DNA of 64,000 nt, from the NCBI GenBank assembly GCA_010015805.1, contig ML978124.1, forward strand, positions 2,108,001 through 2,172,000, written 5' to 3'. The translations under genes and the position numbers were made by a program. Under the pieces are notes generated by a model, which was not told the origin of the DNA, made no database searches, and saw nothing but the letters and a program-made list of their open reading frames with translations. Source of the DNA: Rhizodiscina lignyota. Taxonomy: Eukaryota. The number at the start of each line of letters is the position of its first letter. Position 1 is the first letter of the stretch. This document shows, one piece after another, positions 39,222 through 51,431 of the stretch.

Positions 39222-39755
39222 CTAATTGCTGTGTTTCTGAGTGAAGTAAGCCACCACCCAGCCAGTCACAAGCTGCATAATGAGGATTAAGACCAAACGT
39301 CCCACCAAAGTAGAGCTGTTAGAGGTAGAGTCTGGGGCGAAGATAACGGCGGTGATGAATGCGGCCAGGGGAACGTGGAGCCGAGCCGCGAAGGTCGTGG
39401 CCATGACTGTAGAAGCAAGGGTAGTCTCCACTCGCCTGATGGCTGCGCGAAGTTTTGAAGCGTCGTCCGCAGCAACTTGACGCTTGTCCTTAGCAGCTTG
39501 ACGCTCAGCAGCACGGAGCTTCAATCCAAGATCCGCGACGTTGTTGAGTGCTCCGACCTGCTGCTCGAGAGTCTTGATCTTCTTCTGGGGGTTGGCATTC
39601 TGATCTGCCTCAGCAATGCGCAGATCGGCAAGCCCAGCAATGTTGTTCATTTCGTTCTCATATCGTGCTTCGAGGAGGCCAATGGTTTCGACAGGGCTGC
39701 GGGGTGCGGTCGAATTGATCGGCTTGATGTTGCGAGACATGTCGTTGACCTGCAT
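39222..39755 (-). CDS. Hypothetical coiled-coil protein with two C-terminal hydrophobic segments
   Basis: Open frame with heptad-like segments and two TM-like stretches; TATATAAA on the minus strand near 39860. Start uncertain because of an out-of-frame ATG at 39832. Confidence 0.4.
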   Translation of the reverse strand: MQVNDMSRNIKPINSTAPRSPVETIGLLEARYENEMNNIAGLADLRIAEADQNANPQKKIKTLEQQVGALNNVADLGLKLRAAERQAAKDKRQVAADDASKLRAAIRRVETTLASTVMATTFAARLHVPLAAFITAVIFAPDSTSNSSTLVGRLVLILIMQLVTGWVVAYFTQKHSN

Positions 39756-42700
39756 GTGCAGATTGAAGGAGTCAGTGAGCTGCTGGATATGGTGTCTTCT
39801 TGAACGGAATCGAAGAACGTTGTGGCCTGCATCCGAAGATAGCTTCCTGAGCAAATTTATATACCCAATAGTAATGAGCGACTAGGCATCTGTGAGGCTG
39901 GTTTCCGAAGGCAGCCATGATGGCAATTCCAGAGAACGGATTGCAGTGAAACAGATGATGAATTACCGGAAGTTTAGCATTAGCCTACAGAGGCTTGGGA
40001 ACTAACCAGGTTCGTGAGAACTCAAACGACCCACGGCATAGCGCTGGAGATCTACACAATGAACAGCGTTGAGCGGATGTTGTCGCACCTTGAGATATGC
40101 CCATTTGACATGTTCCTCTTCTCGGCGAGCGTTAGCGTAGCATCACCGGAGAGATGCACATAGAAAATCAGTCAAACGAAGTCTAGACATTCGACTGGAC
40201 GAATGTGAACGGCACGCAAGTGTCGACTGCATCGCCATATCAAGGTTTGAGGCTGATAAATCGGTGAATACCCGAAACAAGTCTTGTTGGACCGGAACAG
40301 TGGCCAAGGAAGGCAGAGAACGATGGTTCATCTAAGGAAAGCGGCAGAAAAATTGGACACTGAAGCAGAGCATGAAGGACCCAAGAGGATGCAACGAACA
40401 GTGAGTGAAATGGACTTAACTGCCTGGCTCCTGCTTCTTTGGGCCTGTCCAGCAGAAGGACCATTTGTGAGGGTCGCTCCTTCCTCGTGAGCGATGCCGA
40501 TGCCCGTGGATATGCCACTGAGACATGTAGGCAAACGACGCCGTTCAAACCACTAGGCCGACGACATGTCATCGTCGAAAGACAGAATCTGGACGGGTGC
40601 AGAAATATTGCACCGCCGCCGCGTTGTTTGCCGTCCGTTCCCACATGCGGCCAGTTGACCTTTATGTCTCGGTCACTTTCTTGGATGTTGCAGGGCATTT
40701 ATGTCAGTACGCGCTCGTGCTACCGTGCCGCGCCGCATCGCGTGTGTAATTCGACCATACAGATTCAGCTGATCTTTCGGCAGAAGCAAGCAAGCGAAGC
40801 ATCTTACGTGAACCCTGTCGAGCACCTCTGCAGTGGGCCACGCGAAGGATTGGGACCAACATCTGCTCGGCGCTTGTATCAGCCATTGCACGGATGCGGA
40901 ACAAACACGCTCGACCACGAGGAAGCAACCGTGAGACAATCTCTTTTTGGCTTGAATTTTTAGACAGGCTAACTCAAGGAACCAAGGCTGATTCATGCAC
41001 CCCACCTCCACGATCACAGAAACGGGCAGCTAACTTGGTGCCTAGCAAGACGACATAGTAAACGAACGCAGCATCCAGCGCAACTTCGTGATACGAACGG
41101 CCGTCGACTGACAGCTTGCAGACGTGCAGATCCAATTTGCGTCTTCCCAGAAGACATAAGCGCGTCTGCAGCCGCTTTAGAGACCGTCTTCAACAACGCG
41201 CCGGTATGAAGTTGACATGCAACTTCCCAAAACTGTCAAGCTGCACCGCACAGCCGAGAGCCGTCGCAGCCACCCAAAAGTCTTGGGAGTTCACGACCCC
41301 TGATGGCTGGTGAAATTGAGAGTGGGACGTCGCGGCAGCGTGTACCGATGCCGACGAAGGATCATTTGGGCATAGCGGCATCTGTGGCTTCTGAATCCCA
41401 TCACCGGCACCATGGCGTGTTGGACGCTGATCATCATGTTTCTGGAGTCTGGATCATGGGTGGGAGCTCTCCAACACGCGAGGGCAAGGAGAAGAAGTGC
41501 CTCCTCATTTCGGCAATACTGATGCCTCCCTGGCAAAAAGCAAAAAGCGTCCTTACCTTGGTTCGTTTGCAGCGTCATGTCACCAAGTGCATTATATCCG
41601 TCGTGAATGAGGCCTTCCTTCGGGACAATACACCACTGGTCAGACGGCGAATGCAGTTGGTATTATTAACTGCAAGGCAAAGGTAACAATTGACGAGCTT
41701 CGATCATGACTGGATAGACGATTTAATTTCCTATTCGCCAGCCTTATACGCTGCATGATCTTTTCCCTTCTTATGGAGGAGCAAAGGCGTTATGCGCACC
41801 CTTTCCTGCGAATGTTGCCGAGTTCTGCCTGCAACGCCTCTGCAGCATGGCATGGGGGCCTCGCACATGTACCTTGCCTTCTGCAGCTGCGCTGTACAAT
41901 TAGAAGGGGGTAGATGTCACGAGCACTCCCCCCCCCTGAGCGTGCGAAGGCGCTCGCGGTCGCCGTTTGCGCTAGCATATGCTGTTGGAACGGGGAGCAG
42001 TAGCGATGGCAGAGGCCTTTGAAAGCCGTCTTATCCAAGGTGCCGGAATGACGATCAAGGCCCAGAGAAGCGCGGTGGCGTCCGGGTGCTATCCACAGTC
42101 GGTAACAAGTCCAGGAGCAGCACCCCTCGGCTTAAAGAGAACTTAGAGAAGCTGAGGGCGAAGGATTTTGGGCGTGGAGGTGAATGGAGAGATGCGCTGT
42201 TGGTGGAGCATGCAACCACATCCTTGGTACTGCATCCACAAGCGCTTAAACGCACGCCCTCATTGGGGGGACCCAGGCGTAAGCCCAAGACCATCAACCC
42301 TCCGTGAAGCCGCATATCGCTGGGATTGGAGGGAGTGCCCGCCGCCATTCTGTGAAACATTTCACCAGCGGCTCATTCACAAAACACCACGCTGTTTCTC
42401 GAGACTGACTCTCGTCGCGCGCATCTTCACCACGTCGCTGTAGCTTCTGACAGCTGCAGAGGCCGGCATCTGAGTAGCTGGTCCATGCCCGCCCGCCAGC
42501 ATTACTACTGCTAGCAAGCAGCTACCGGAGAGATATCATTCTGGACGCGCTGCGACTTGCGCATATCCATCTTTAAGCTCCAGAGTCCACCCTGCGCGGC
42601 TCCGTATAGCCCTCGTCCTCTCTCCCCTCCCCATCAGCTCTCAGCCCCCGTCGCCTTTTCACCAGACGGGCCAATTCTGTCGCCGTAGCTATATCACCAT

Positions 42701-42887
42701 CGCGATCTCCATCTCAATTGCATCGGACGCGGCTGTACTCTGCATTGCCGCCGCCGCGACCTCTGCGACGACCTGACAGCTCTGGAGGCTAGTCCACGTT
42801 GCCGCTGGATAGATCTTGAGCATATGCGAGTGGCACGTCGGCCTGCGAGTCACAGCATTCAACCAACATCGACTGCTACGCCCCATA

Positions 42888-45715
42888 ATGGCATTGACAG
42901 CACCGCCTGTACGCCTACTCACATCCATCCCTGCTCTCATTGCGAATGAAGAATGCCGACTAACAACTGGTAGATGCCGAGCCCCCACCTGCAATCCGCG
43001 TTCTCGCCGTACTCTGATTCACCAAGCTCACCTGCTCCATTCCCCCAGCAGTCAGCCTATGGAATGATGCAGAGGTATGTCCCATTGTTGGCGGATCTGG
43101 CATCCCAAGCCTTCTGGATACATTACCCGAACAAGGCTAACCGTGTGTTGCCGTCGTACAGAATATCAGACTCGTCCGATAAAGACTCACTGGTGCCTCC
43201 GTCACCGTATCCCGCGACGGTCGACCCATCACCTGTCGACTCTCAAAACTCAACGTCGACGGACGCAACAGACATTGAACTGGAGGAACAGGAGGAGCAG
43301 ATCCAAGAACGGCATGAAGATGTCACGTCCCCTAGCAACGATGAGATAGTCAGCCCCGCCAGCGCTGTAAGTCAAGAAATGGTACGTCCTAATCTACAAA
43401 ACGCTTCTTCGTCGTTAGGCGAGTTCGGCCCCGTTTCTGTTCCTGCAGAGAATCTTCTCTCGCAGCTGTCGGTGCGCGACATGGTCCTGTTTCAAGATGA
43501 TTTGTGGCGTAATGAAACGAGCGGCACAGCAAACGCGCGGATATGAATGCCGCTCCGGCCATTATCCCAATCGCCGCTCTATCTCATTCATTTTTTCGTG
43601 TGGTGGTTGGCTGGCCTCAATGTTGCGGATACGCAGGACTTTCGTTGCCCGTGCTGGTGCTCATGGAGTGGCTGACCGTGTGCAATTACAGCCTGGCAAG
43701 ATTAATACCCAATTACCACCACACTTACTCAGAGACGCAAATGATGGCCCGGACTCTGTCATCCATATTCCGTCTGGATTCAAGCAATTCGTAAGTTGTC
43801 GTTACGGGACCAGGAGTCTATGTGCTCATTGATGGTCTAGACACGAAAATCCCCACCACCATCCTCGCAGTTCAGGAGCAGATCAACCTCCTCTCCGTCA
43901 GAAAGGTCGGAGAGACTTTCTGAGAGATCTGAGAGCACTGTTGTCTCTCCCAATACTCCTGAGAAGGAAACATTGGCGGAGAGAGTATGTTTAGAATCCC
44001 TTCCTCTTTCGAATAGAGCTAACTGTGACCCATAGCGTGCTGCTGGTCTCCATACTTCTCCCATCAATACGTCGATTCCACCAGATACCGCTCCCAATTT
44101 TGGGATGACTCCACGGGCCTCTACTCGACAGGAAGCTGAAGAAGAGTATAGACGAAAAGCCCGTCTTAGCAAAAGTCTTGAAGGTGTGTGAGCTTAACAT
44201 CTCCCCTAGTTTAATTGATACTGACCGACTGCAGACATTGCTGAAGCCGATGACGCAGAGAAGCCAGAAGAGGAGGGAGACTTCCTTGAGGACGATGATG
44301 GGCACGATGCTGATGAATCCAGCATGACCTCTGCTTTAGAGAGCCTCAATCATGCACAAGAAGAGATAAGCACGCTTAGAAATGCTCTGAGCGAATGCTG
44401 GACTCTCTGTAACACTTTGGCTGGCCTCAGCTCGAATCATCGTGAGAGAATGTTCAGCTTCACGAATACTGGAGACATGCAGGAGCTGGCTTGGAAGAGT
44501 TGCTGGAGACTATGCCAGAATCTTTACGAGAGCCGCGATGAGGATCACAGCGCACAGATCGCGCAAACTTTGGAGCTGTGCCGTGAGTTCTGCCAGGCAT
44601 TGTTCGAGGCAAGACAACGAAGCGACGAGGCCATCGACTCTGTTCTGCGCGTGAGCTTTGAGTTGAACAATCACCTGTACAACACGCACGATCGTAACTT
44701 GCCGCTGGTCTTCCGCGAACGGACACTGGATTTCTATGTCACGATGTGTCATCGGCTCATGAAGCAGCGGACCTCTTTACCTGAGGAAACCGACTCGCTT
44801 CTTCGAGCCTGCTGGAGCTTGGCAGAAATGCTCTTCAGCTTGCGGCAAAACAATCGTGACAACAAGCCTCCAGATGAAGAGCTCCTTGGTTCTGCTGTCC
44901 AGGCGTGCTGGGAGCTCTGTGACCTCTTCCGCGAAGGCTGGTCACAGGTTCGACCAGAAAGAGGCACTCCGCGTCCAGCGCCGAGCCGAAGCAGCTACCA
45001 TGAACCAAAGGTTAATTCCGGCGCCTCCGTTGCAGGTTCTACTATCAGCTATGCGGCGAATCAGATGCTCCCTCCGTCTCGACCGACGTCCTCACTGTCT
45101 GTCCACTCATCTATGCCTCACATGAAGGCCTATCCACCAGAAACGCCTACAACCCTCTTCGACGAGACTGCCGACTCTCCGGCCGTGGACCCACAACAAG
45201 TTCCTAATATTATGGTCCTCGGCCCAGACCGCCATTCTCCTCCCCAACCAAGGCACTGGTCCTCATCCGCATCACAATCCAGCTACAGATCCGAATCCAG
45301 CCAGCGTACGTCCTCCACCGCGCGCAACTCTGCCGTCTACTCCGAAACTGGCGAACCGTACCTACCACGCCTGAAAGCGTTGATCCTTAAAGCCGCGATG
45401 AACGCGGGCTACAATCGCGCCTCACCCCAATCCCTCCAGAACTTCGTCAAGAACATGCCACCCAATGCGTTTGGCACGCAGCAGTGGCAGATGTTTCTAT
45501 TAGACCATTACCGCCGGCTGGTCCTGATGGATGCTAGCTTCAAGCCAGGATCGGACCTGCCTAGCGGCCGCAAGACTGCGGCCGAATTGGCCAGGGCCGT
45601 TCTGTGGCTCAGCAAGAATGAGCAATTCGGGTGGCTGCGCGAATTGTTCAGGGTAGTGTTTGGATTCCTGCCGGAGGAGGCGGCAGGAAGGGGAAAGATG
45701 TGGATCCAGACGTGA
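42888..45715 (+). CDS. Conserved-looking fungal hypothetical protein (S/P-rich N-terminus, helical Cys/Trp-repeat domain)
   Basis: Exons 42888-42908, 42974-43074, 43162-43381, 43691-43790, 43841-43984, 44036-44183, 44235-45715 splice in one continuous frame. Repeated 'xCWxLCxxL' helices. Confidence 0.8.
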
Positions 45716-46200
45716 GGAGCTAGCTGCACTGAGAGTGCAGACAGTCCTCCTTCTGTAGGACCTCCGCGAGGAACACTCCGCGAGCTATAGGCGCTCGCAG
45801 AAGATGCACCAGTGCGGTGCATTGATGCTCTCCACAAACGCCCCAGAGGCGTGTGCATGCTATTCAAGCGTTGATATGTGTCATATTCGCGGCGCAGAAG
45901 GTCGCTGAAGTTCGGATCGCCGCAAGACGTTGTACAGTTGCATTGTCTCGCGACTCAACATTACATCCTGCTGCTCGTTATTTACTGGTCATTGGTCATT
46001 TTCGTCGCCATATACCCGAGTCGGTCGTTTCGGTGGTATCGGTCATGTCCCCTAGCCTGCCTGTCCTTTCCTCTTCACTTCTCTGGGCCGCCCAAGAAGG
46101 CGGTGCCTCTTTATCCCTATGTCGATATTTTATTTTCTAATTTCTATCAATGGGCGAGGACCATAGGCATTATGAAGTCATGCCATAAAAGTGTAGAAGC

Positions 46201-46290
46201 GGGATGGGATGGGATGGGATGGGATGGGATGGGATGGGATGGGATGGGATGGGATGGGATGGGATGGGTATGGGTATGGATACGGGTACG
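46201..46290. repeat. (GGGAT)13 microsatellite decaying into GGGTAT-like hexamers
   Basis: 13 perfect GGGAT units at 46201-46265, then GGGTAT GGGTAT GGATAC GGGTAC. Confidence 0.97.
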
Positions 46291-46530
46291 GGAGGAAAAG
46301 GCCCAAGTCGGGACGATCGCAGCGTTGGGATAGAAAGATTTATTATCATCTGGACATTCTATAAATGGTACATAATTTGGACAACATGCAGTGGTCAATA
46401 TTCCCACCCAACATTGAATGACCATGCGCCATATCGAGAATGTAAGAGACGATCCGCAACGCCGGCTTTTGCTATGTGCATGCACTGCTCATTCAAAGTT
46501 CGCTCATATCAGCCATCGAATCCTTTCTCT

Positions 46531-48035
46531 TTAATTCGTGTACTCCTTCTGCAACAGCTTCCCAATCGTCGTGAGCTGGATGTTACTCGTGCCCTCATAA
46601 ATGGCACCAATCTTGCTATCGCGCCAGAACTTCTCCGCCAGGCCCTCTCGTACAAAGCCCATGCCGCCCATCCACTCGACTGCCTGGCCGCTCACGCGCC
46701 CTGCAACCTGCGACGCCAGCAGCTTCGCCATCGCCGCGTCCTTGACAAAGTCTTCGCCGGCCTCCTTCTTGCGCGCTGCGTTGTACACGAGCGCACGCGC
46801 GGATGCAATGTCAACGTAGGCTTGCGCGAGCTGGTGCTGCATGGACTGGAAGGTGCCGATGAGGGCGCCGAACTGCTTGCGATCGTTCCAGCAGTACTTT
46901 GCCGCGTTCTCCCACGCACCCATCGCCAAGCCGGTCATCTGCGCCGCAATGCCAATCCTGCCTTCGTTCAGCAGGCCAATCGCATACTTGTACCCTTGGC
47001 CCTCCTCGCCGAGCAGATTCTCCTTCGGCACTTGCACGTCGTCGAAGTTGAGCACGCACGTGCTGCTCGCCTTGATGCCGAGCTTCTTCTCCTTCTTCGC
47101 GATGGAGAAGCCCGGCATGCCCTTCTCCACGATGAACGCCGTGATGCCCTTGTAGCCTGCGGAGGGGTTCAGGTTGGCGAAGACGATGAAGAAGCCCGCC
47201 TCCATGCTGTTCGTGATCCACATTTTGTTGCCGGTGATCTTGTAGCCCGAGTCGGTCTTGACGGCCTTGGTAGCCAGGGCGAAGGCGTCGCTGCCGGATA
47301 TGGGCTCGGAGAGGCAGAAGGAGCCTATTCATCCATACCGTCAGCAAATGGTGATTACCATGGTCAGATATGGATCAAAACATCCCAATTGGCACACATA
47401 CCAACCGTATTAGTCGCCAACCTGGGCAACCACTTCTCCTTGTTCACCTTGCTCCCGTACTTCATCACCGCCGTATTGCACAGCGTATTGTGCACATCGC
47501 ACATGACGCTCACGCTCGGATCCACCTTGGCCAGCTCCTCAATCGCGACAATGGCGCTGGTGAAGTTCATCCCCGCGCCGCCGTACTCCTCGGGTATCTC
47601 GACGCCCATGAGCCCCTGCTCGAACAGCTGCTCCACGATGGCCGGGTCCATCGTCTCCGCCTCGTCCATCTCGCGCACCTTGGGCAGGATCACCGAGTTC
47701 GCGAACTTGGACACGCTGTCGGTCATCAGGGCCTCCGTCTCGGAGAGGTGGGTGATGGGCGTGGGCGGGATGGAGGTGATGTCGAGGGGCTCGGCGCTGC
47801 GGAGGCGGGTGGTGGTGGAGAGACATCTTGTTCTGTTTTAGCGGTCATGTTAGTGGATTGAGGGACGAGTTGTAGGAAGAGACGTCTGCCAGACTGGTGG
47901 CATGGGCCGAAAATCTGGGGTATGGGGAAAGGGACGATGCACGTACCTCCATAACGACGCGCCCCTCGCATGTGACAGTCGTGGAGGCGCGATTGCCCGC
48001 AAGAGGGGACGCGATATTCTTGCCGCAGATGCCAT
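46531..48035 (-). CDS. Mitochondrial short/branched-chain acyl-CoA dehydrogenase (ScdA/ACADSB-like)
   Basis: Exons 48035-47947, 47832-47402, 47324-46531. Arg-rich transit peptide; 'FCLSEPISGSDAFA', 'KMWITNS', 'KLGIKASSTC', 'LNEGRIGIAAQM', 'KIGAIYEGTSNIQ'. Confidence 0.95.
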
Positions 48036-49731
48036 GGTTTAGAAGGCAGAATTAATTACACGAGTCAAAAGCGAGTCTATCAGATGGACGACAGGATGCA
48101 GGCTTTTGTGGTGGTGAAAGAGGGTAGCGCGGTTGTCCCGCGGCTAACCGCGCCACTCGCCTCGCCCGAGTCGCCAAAAAGTCGGAGCCGTCCTTAAGAA
48201 GCAGGCTGTCTTATCCCGAACCCGAGGCCATTGCTAAAAGTAGTGAGAGTCATGCGCACATGGGCATCCCCAAGATAACACGATGATTAAGGTTCGGACG
48301 GGATCACTAAGGACAAAAGGGACGGCTCGTCCAACAAAGCGCAGCAGGGTCTGCGAGTCATGCTATTTGCGTGGATGGAGATAAAGCGGCAAACGCTCGA
48401 ATCATGGCGATTATGAGAGCATGTGAACTGATTGGGGACGACTCGACGAGTCTTGGAAGCGTTTATGGCGTAACTCAGGTGACCGTCCTGAGTAGCGAGG
48501 CGAAGAGAAGAGGGACGTTGGCGCAAGCGAATTGTTCAATAGCTCGCTTGCGTCTGTTCCAATCACCCCAGTAACGGCGAGACAAATCGTCGTGACCATG
48601 AATCGCAAGTGTGTCTCTAATGCAACTTCATTTGGGCAAGTGGTCATGTTGTGTGTCACCACCTAAGCCATGGTCCCTTGTGTGGATCGCTGCAGAGGGA
48701 CAGTGAACTTGATCGACTTTGTCGAAATGTCCGCGCTGACCATAAACCTGAAATTAAGCTGGAGACACCCCGGCTGCAGGTGTGCGCTAATAGCGTGTGA
48801 GGACGTCAGAGACAGATTGAACCTTGAAGTAGCCATCAATTTGGTATGGATAGCGAACTGAATCGAAAACGGCCAGCCATCATCTGTGCAAGTCAGACGG
48901 ACCTAGTGAAGGTCGACTTGTGCTCCGCGAGGAGCTTCTGCGAGGAAGACAACCTCCGAAACGCTAAGAAAACAAAGATAACAGGCCCAACGCTTGCAGC
49001 CCTCAGAGTAGATAAAACAAGATAAAAAGCAGTCTGAACCTAATTCCGCATCGCCTAGCAGCAAATAAAACGTTTTGAGAAGATGAATTAGCATAAGGTA
49101 TGAGTCCCTGAGCGCCATGTTTTGAAAGAGACAGCCTTCCCAATTCCATCCTATCCCGTCCGAGTTTTGATACGGAAAACAGTAGACGCGTGGCCATTTG
49201 TTCATCCACCAAAAGCAAGTCTTCGTAGAAAGACAGATGAAAAGTCGTGAATTTTTGCAACAGAAGCAAGAGCAGGTGACAAAGAAGCGGGCAAAAACGC
49301 TGCATGGGCATATGCAACAACCCGTTCTCGCCGGATATCAATACTTCATAAGAAAAATGGAGAACGAGGCCAAGCAAAAGTCTGAAGATTGCAGGTGTCA
49401 GACGGACGCCATTAAATCCAGAGTACACACAGATGGACATGGGTCGTTATATGCGGAGATTTGGAGCATTTGCGGGATCGTAAGATTCCTGAGTCCTTCG
49501 GTGTTGATGAGTGCGCGACATGCGCTTAGATTCGGTCATGTTGCTGATGATGGGTGTCGCACGGTCCATGGCGGCATTGGCGAGGCTTGCGGTTCGGGCG
49601 GAAGTTTTTTCGGGGTGAGGCGATTTCGTGTTACAGTACCAGGAGACCGAGAGCATGGGAATGTCGTTCCTCCGCGATGCGCTGCATGGAGGTCCTTCAC
49701 CTCAGGCAAAGTGGTGGTGCGCGGAGATCCG

Positions 49732-51431
49732 TCATTGGACGGGTCTGCGAGCTGTCCAGATGTGTCTTGCATTGCGTCAGTAATTCGAACACGAAATTGA
49801 CTATTGGCTGAGGCAAGGGAATGAAAATCGAGCGTTGGCGCATTCGCCACTCGTATAAACAATAATTAGCCGCACAGGTGAGACTTACATGTTGTTGTAC
49901 GCGTGGTATTTGCGCGTGTTGATCTCCTTGCGCACCTGCTCGATCAGGGGTTGGACATGCTCTCTCGCGCTCCAACGATTTATTCTGGTGAAAGGCGCCA
50001 TACTGAGCGCTTCCAGGCCGTCGGTAATACCGAAGTTGTACCACCTGCTAATCTCCTTTTGGTGTGGATCCGATGGCCACGTTGTATATGGCGCCCTGAT
50101 AATCGTTTCTTGGATGTCGATGAAGCCCGCATTTTGGAGCATCTGCCGTGTATTGTGTTGGTATGCAATCGGTTTTCCGCTGCGTTGTGTCGCGTCTGCA
50201 AGGTAGTTGTACCAGTGCACGAGGTATGAGTCCGCTGGTAACGATCCGTCGTCGCACCGCGGTTGCAGGTCTATCTCGAGCTGCTCTATCCAGCCCTGGC
50301 CCGGCTTGAGATGTCTAAATATTCCTCGTGGTCAGCTCAATCGCCTTGCGTGGTGCAGCCGGCCGAATATTGACAGGCGCCTCGCTCAGCTGCCCGTCCA
50401 GCTGCCCAAGTTCAGGAGAACGCACGAGAAGATTTTCTGGTAAAGCTCAGGCCAGCTCGAGACGCTGCCACACGCCATCTGCAGATGGATCAGGTCCCAT
50501 GAGTTCTCCCCCAGTGTCCAGAGGCTCTCGTAATCGAGTGGAACGCGGAATCGGAGGTTCGGTGAAATTCTGCCAGATCAGACGATTAGCGACCACGCGC
50601 ACAGGATGGAGAGCGAAGGCATGTCTCGGATGGCTGCTAGGGCAAAGACTCACCTTAGGGGCTGTATGTTGACGAGATCCACGCCGACGACCTGTTATTG
50701 CCAGGGGTGTGTTAGTGCATCTGACCTCTGCAATAGCAGGTGCGCTAAGAGGGAGGATGGGCGGCTGCGAACCTCTGCCTGTGCGTGAGCGTATTTGCTG
50801 TGCAGAAAATGAGTTAGCGAACCCCTCCAAAAGGCGCAGCGTTGCCGCGAGCGCCGCGCCGACGGATGCTGCTTCCGTGCATGAAGGGGTGGGAGGCACT
50901 CACTCGGCCATGTCCAGCGCCCATATTCCTGTGCCACAGCCAAGGTCCAGTATTCGCGGGCCCTCGCCGTACTGCGTGGGATAAGTGTTGAACGGCGCCT
51001 GGTGCAGTTGGCCCTTTCGTGCAACTTCGAAAAGCTTGTGGTAGAGATCCATGCGATCTTTTTCGTCCTGCGCAGCGCACATGTCAGAACCCCTCACTCT
51101 CTCTGCACCGTCCGCCTCCTTGCCCGCTGCTGCCACTCCACCGCACTGGACAAACGCACCTCGTCGCATGGGTACATGTAGAGGCCTTTCCGAAAGCCAT
51201 GGTATTGCCGTCCGTTTTCCCAGTAATTTTCTTGCGGGGCCGAAACCGCTACTGCCAAACTGTGCGTCGCGTGTGCCATGGTCAGCTAGAGTCCAGAAAG
51301 TGATACAGTGTCTCGAGGGGCAGAGGCGCGCCAGCGCTTTTGCAGCAAGGAGGCTGCCTTCCCCGCGCCTGCATCGAGATTGGCGGCGTGCAGGAGAGTC
51401 AGACGTACCCGTTCGTTGCCATTGTCGGCAT
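49732..51431 (-). CDS. laeA: LaeA/Lae1 SAM-dependent methyltransferase (velvet complex, secondary metabolism regulator)
   Basis: 8 exons (51431-51409, 51259-51160, 51067-50904, 50797-50773, 50691-50654, 50569-50426, 50314-49889, 49765-49732) = 954 nt, 317 aa in frame. [79 protein letters not shown]. Confidence 0.92.

Noticed and set aside
40000..42600. Many short overlapping ORFs as genes or a transposon
   Set aside because: No recognisable domain, terminal repeats or consistent splice model.
46204..47841. 545-aa plus-strand ORF
   Set aside because: Antisense shadow of the high-GC3 acyl-CoA dehydrogenase; it starts inside the GGGAT microsatellite and has no protein-like features.
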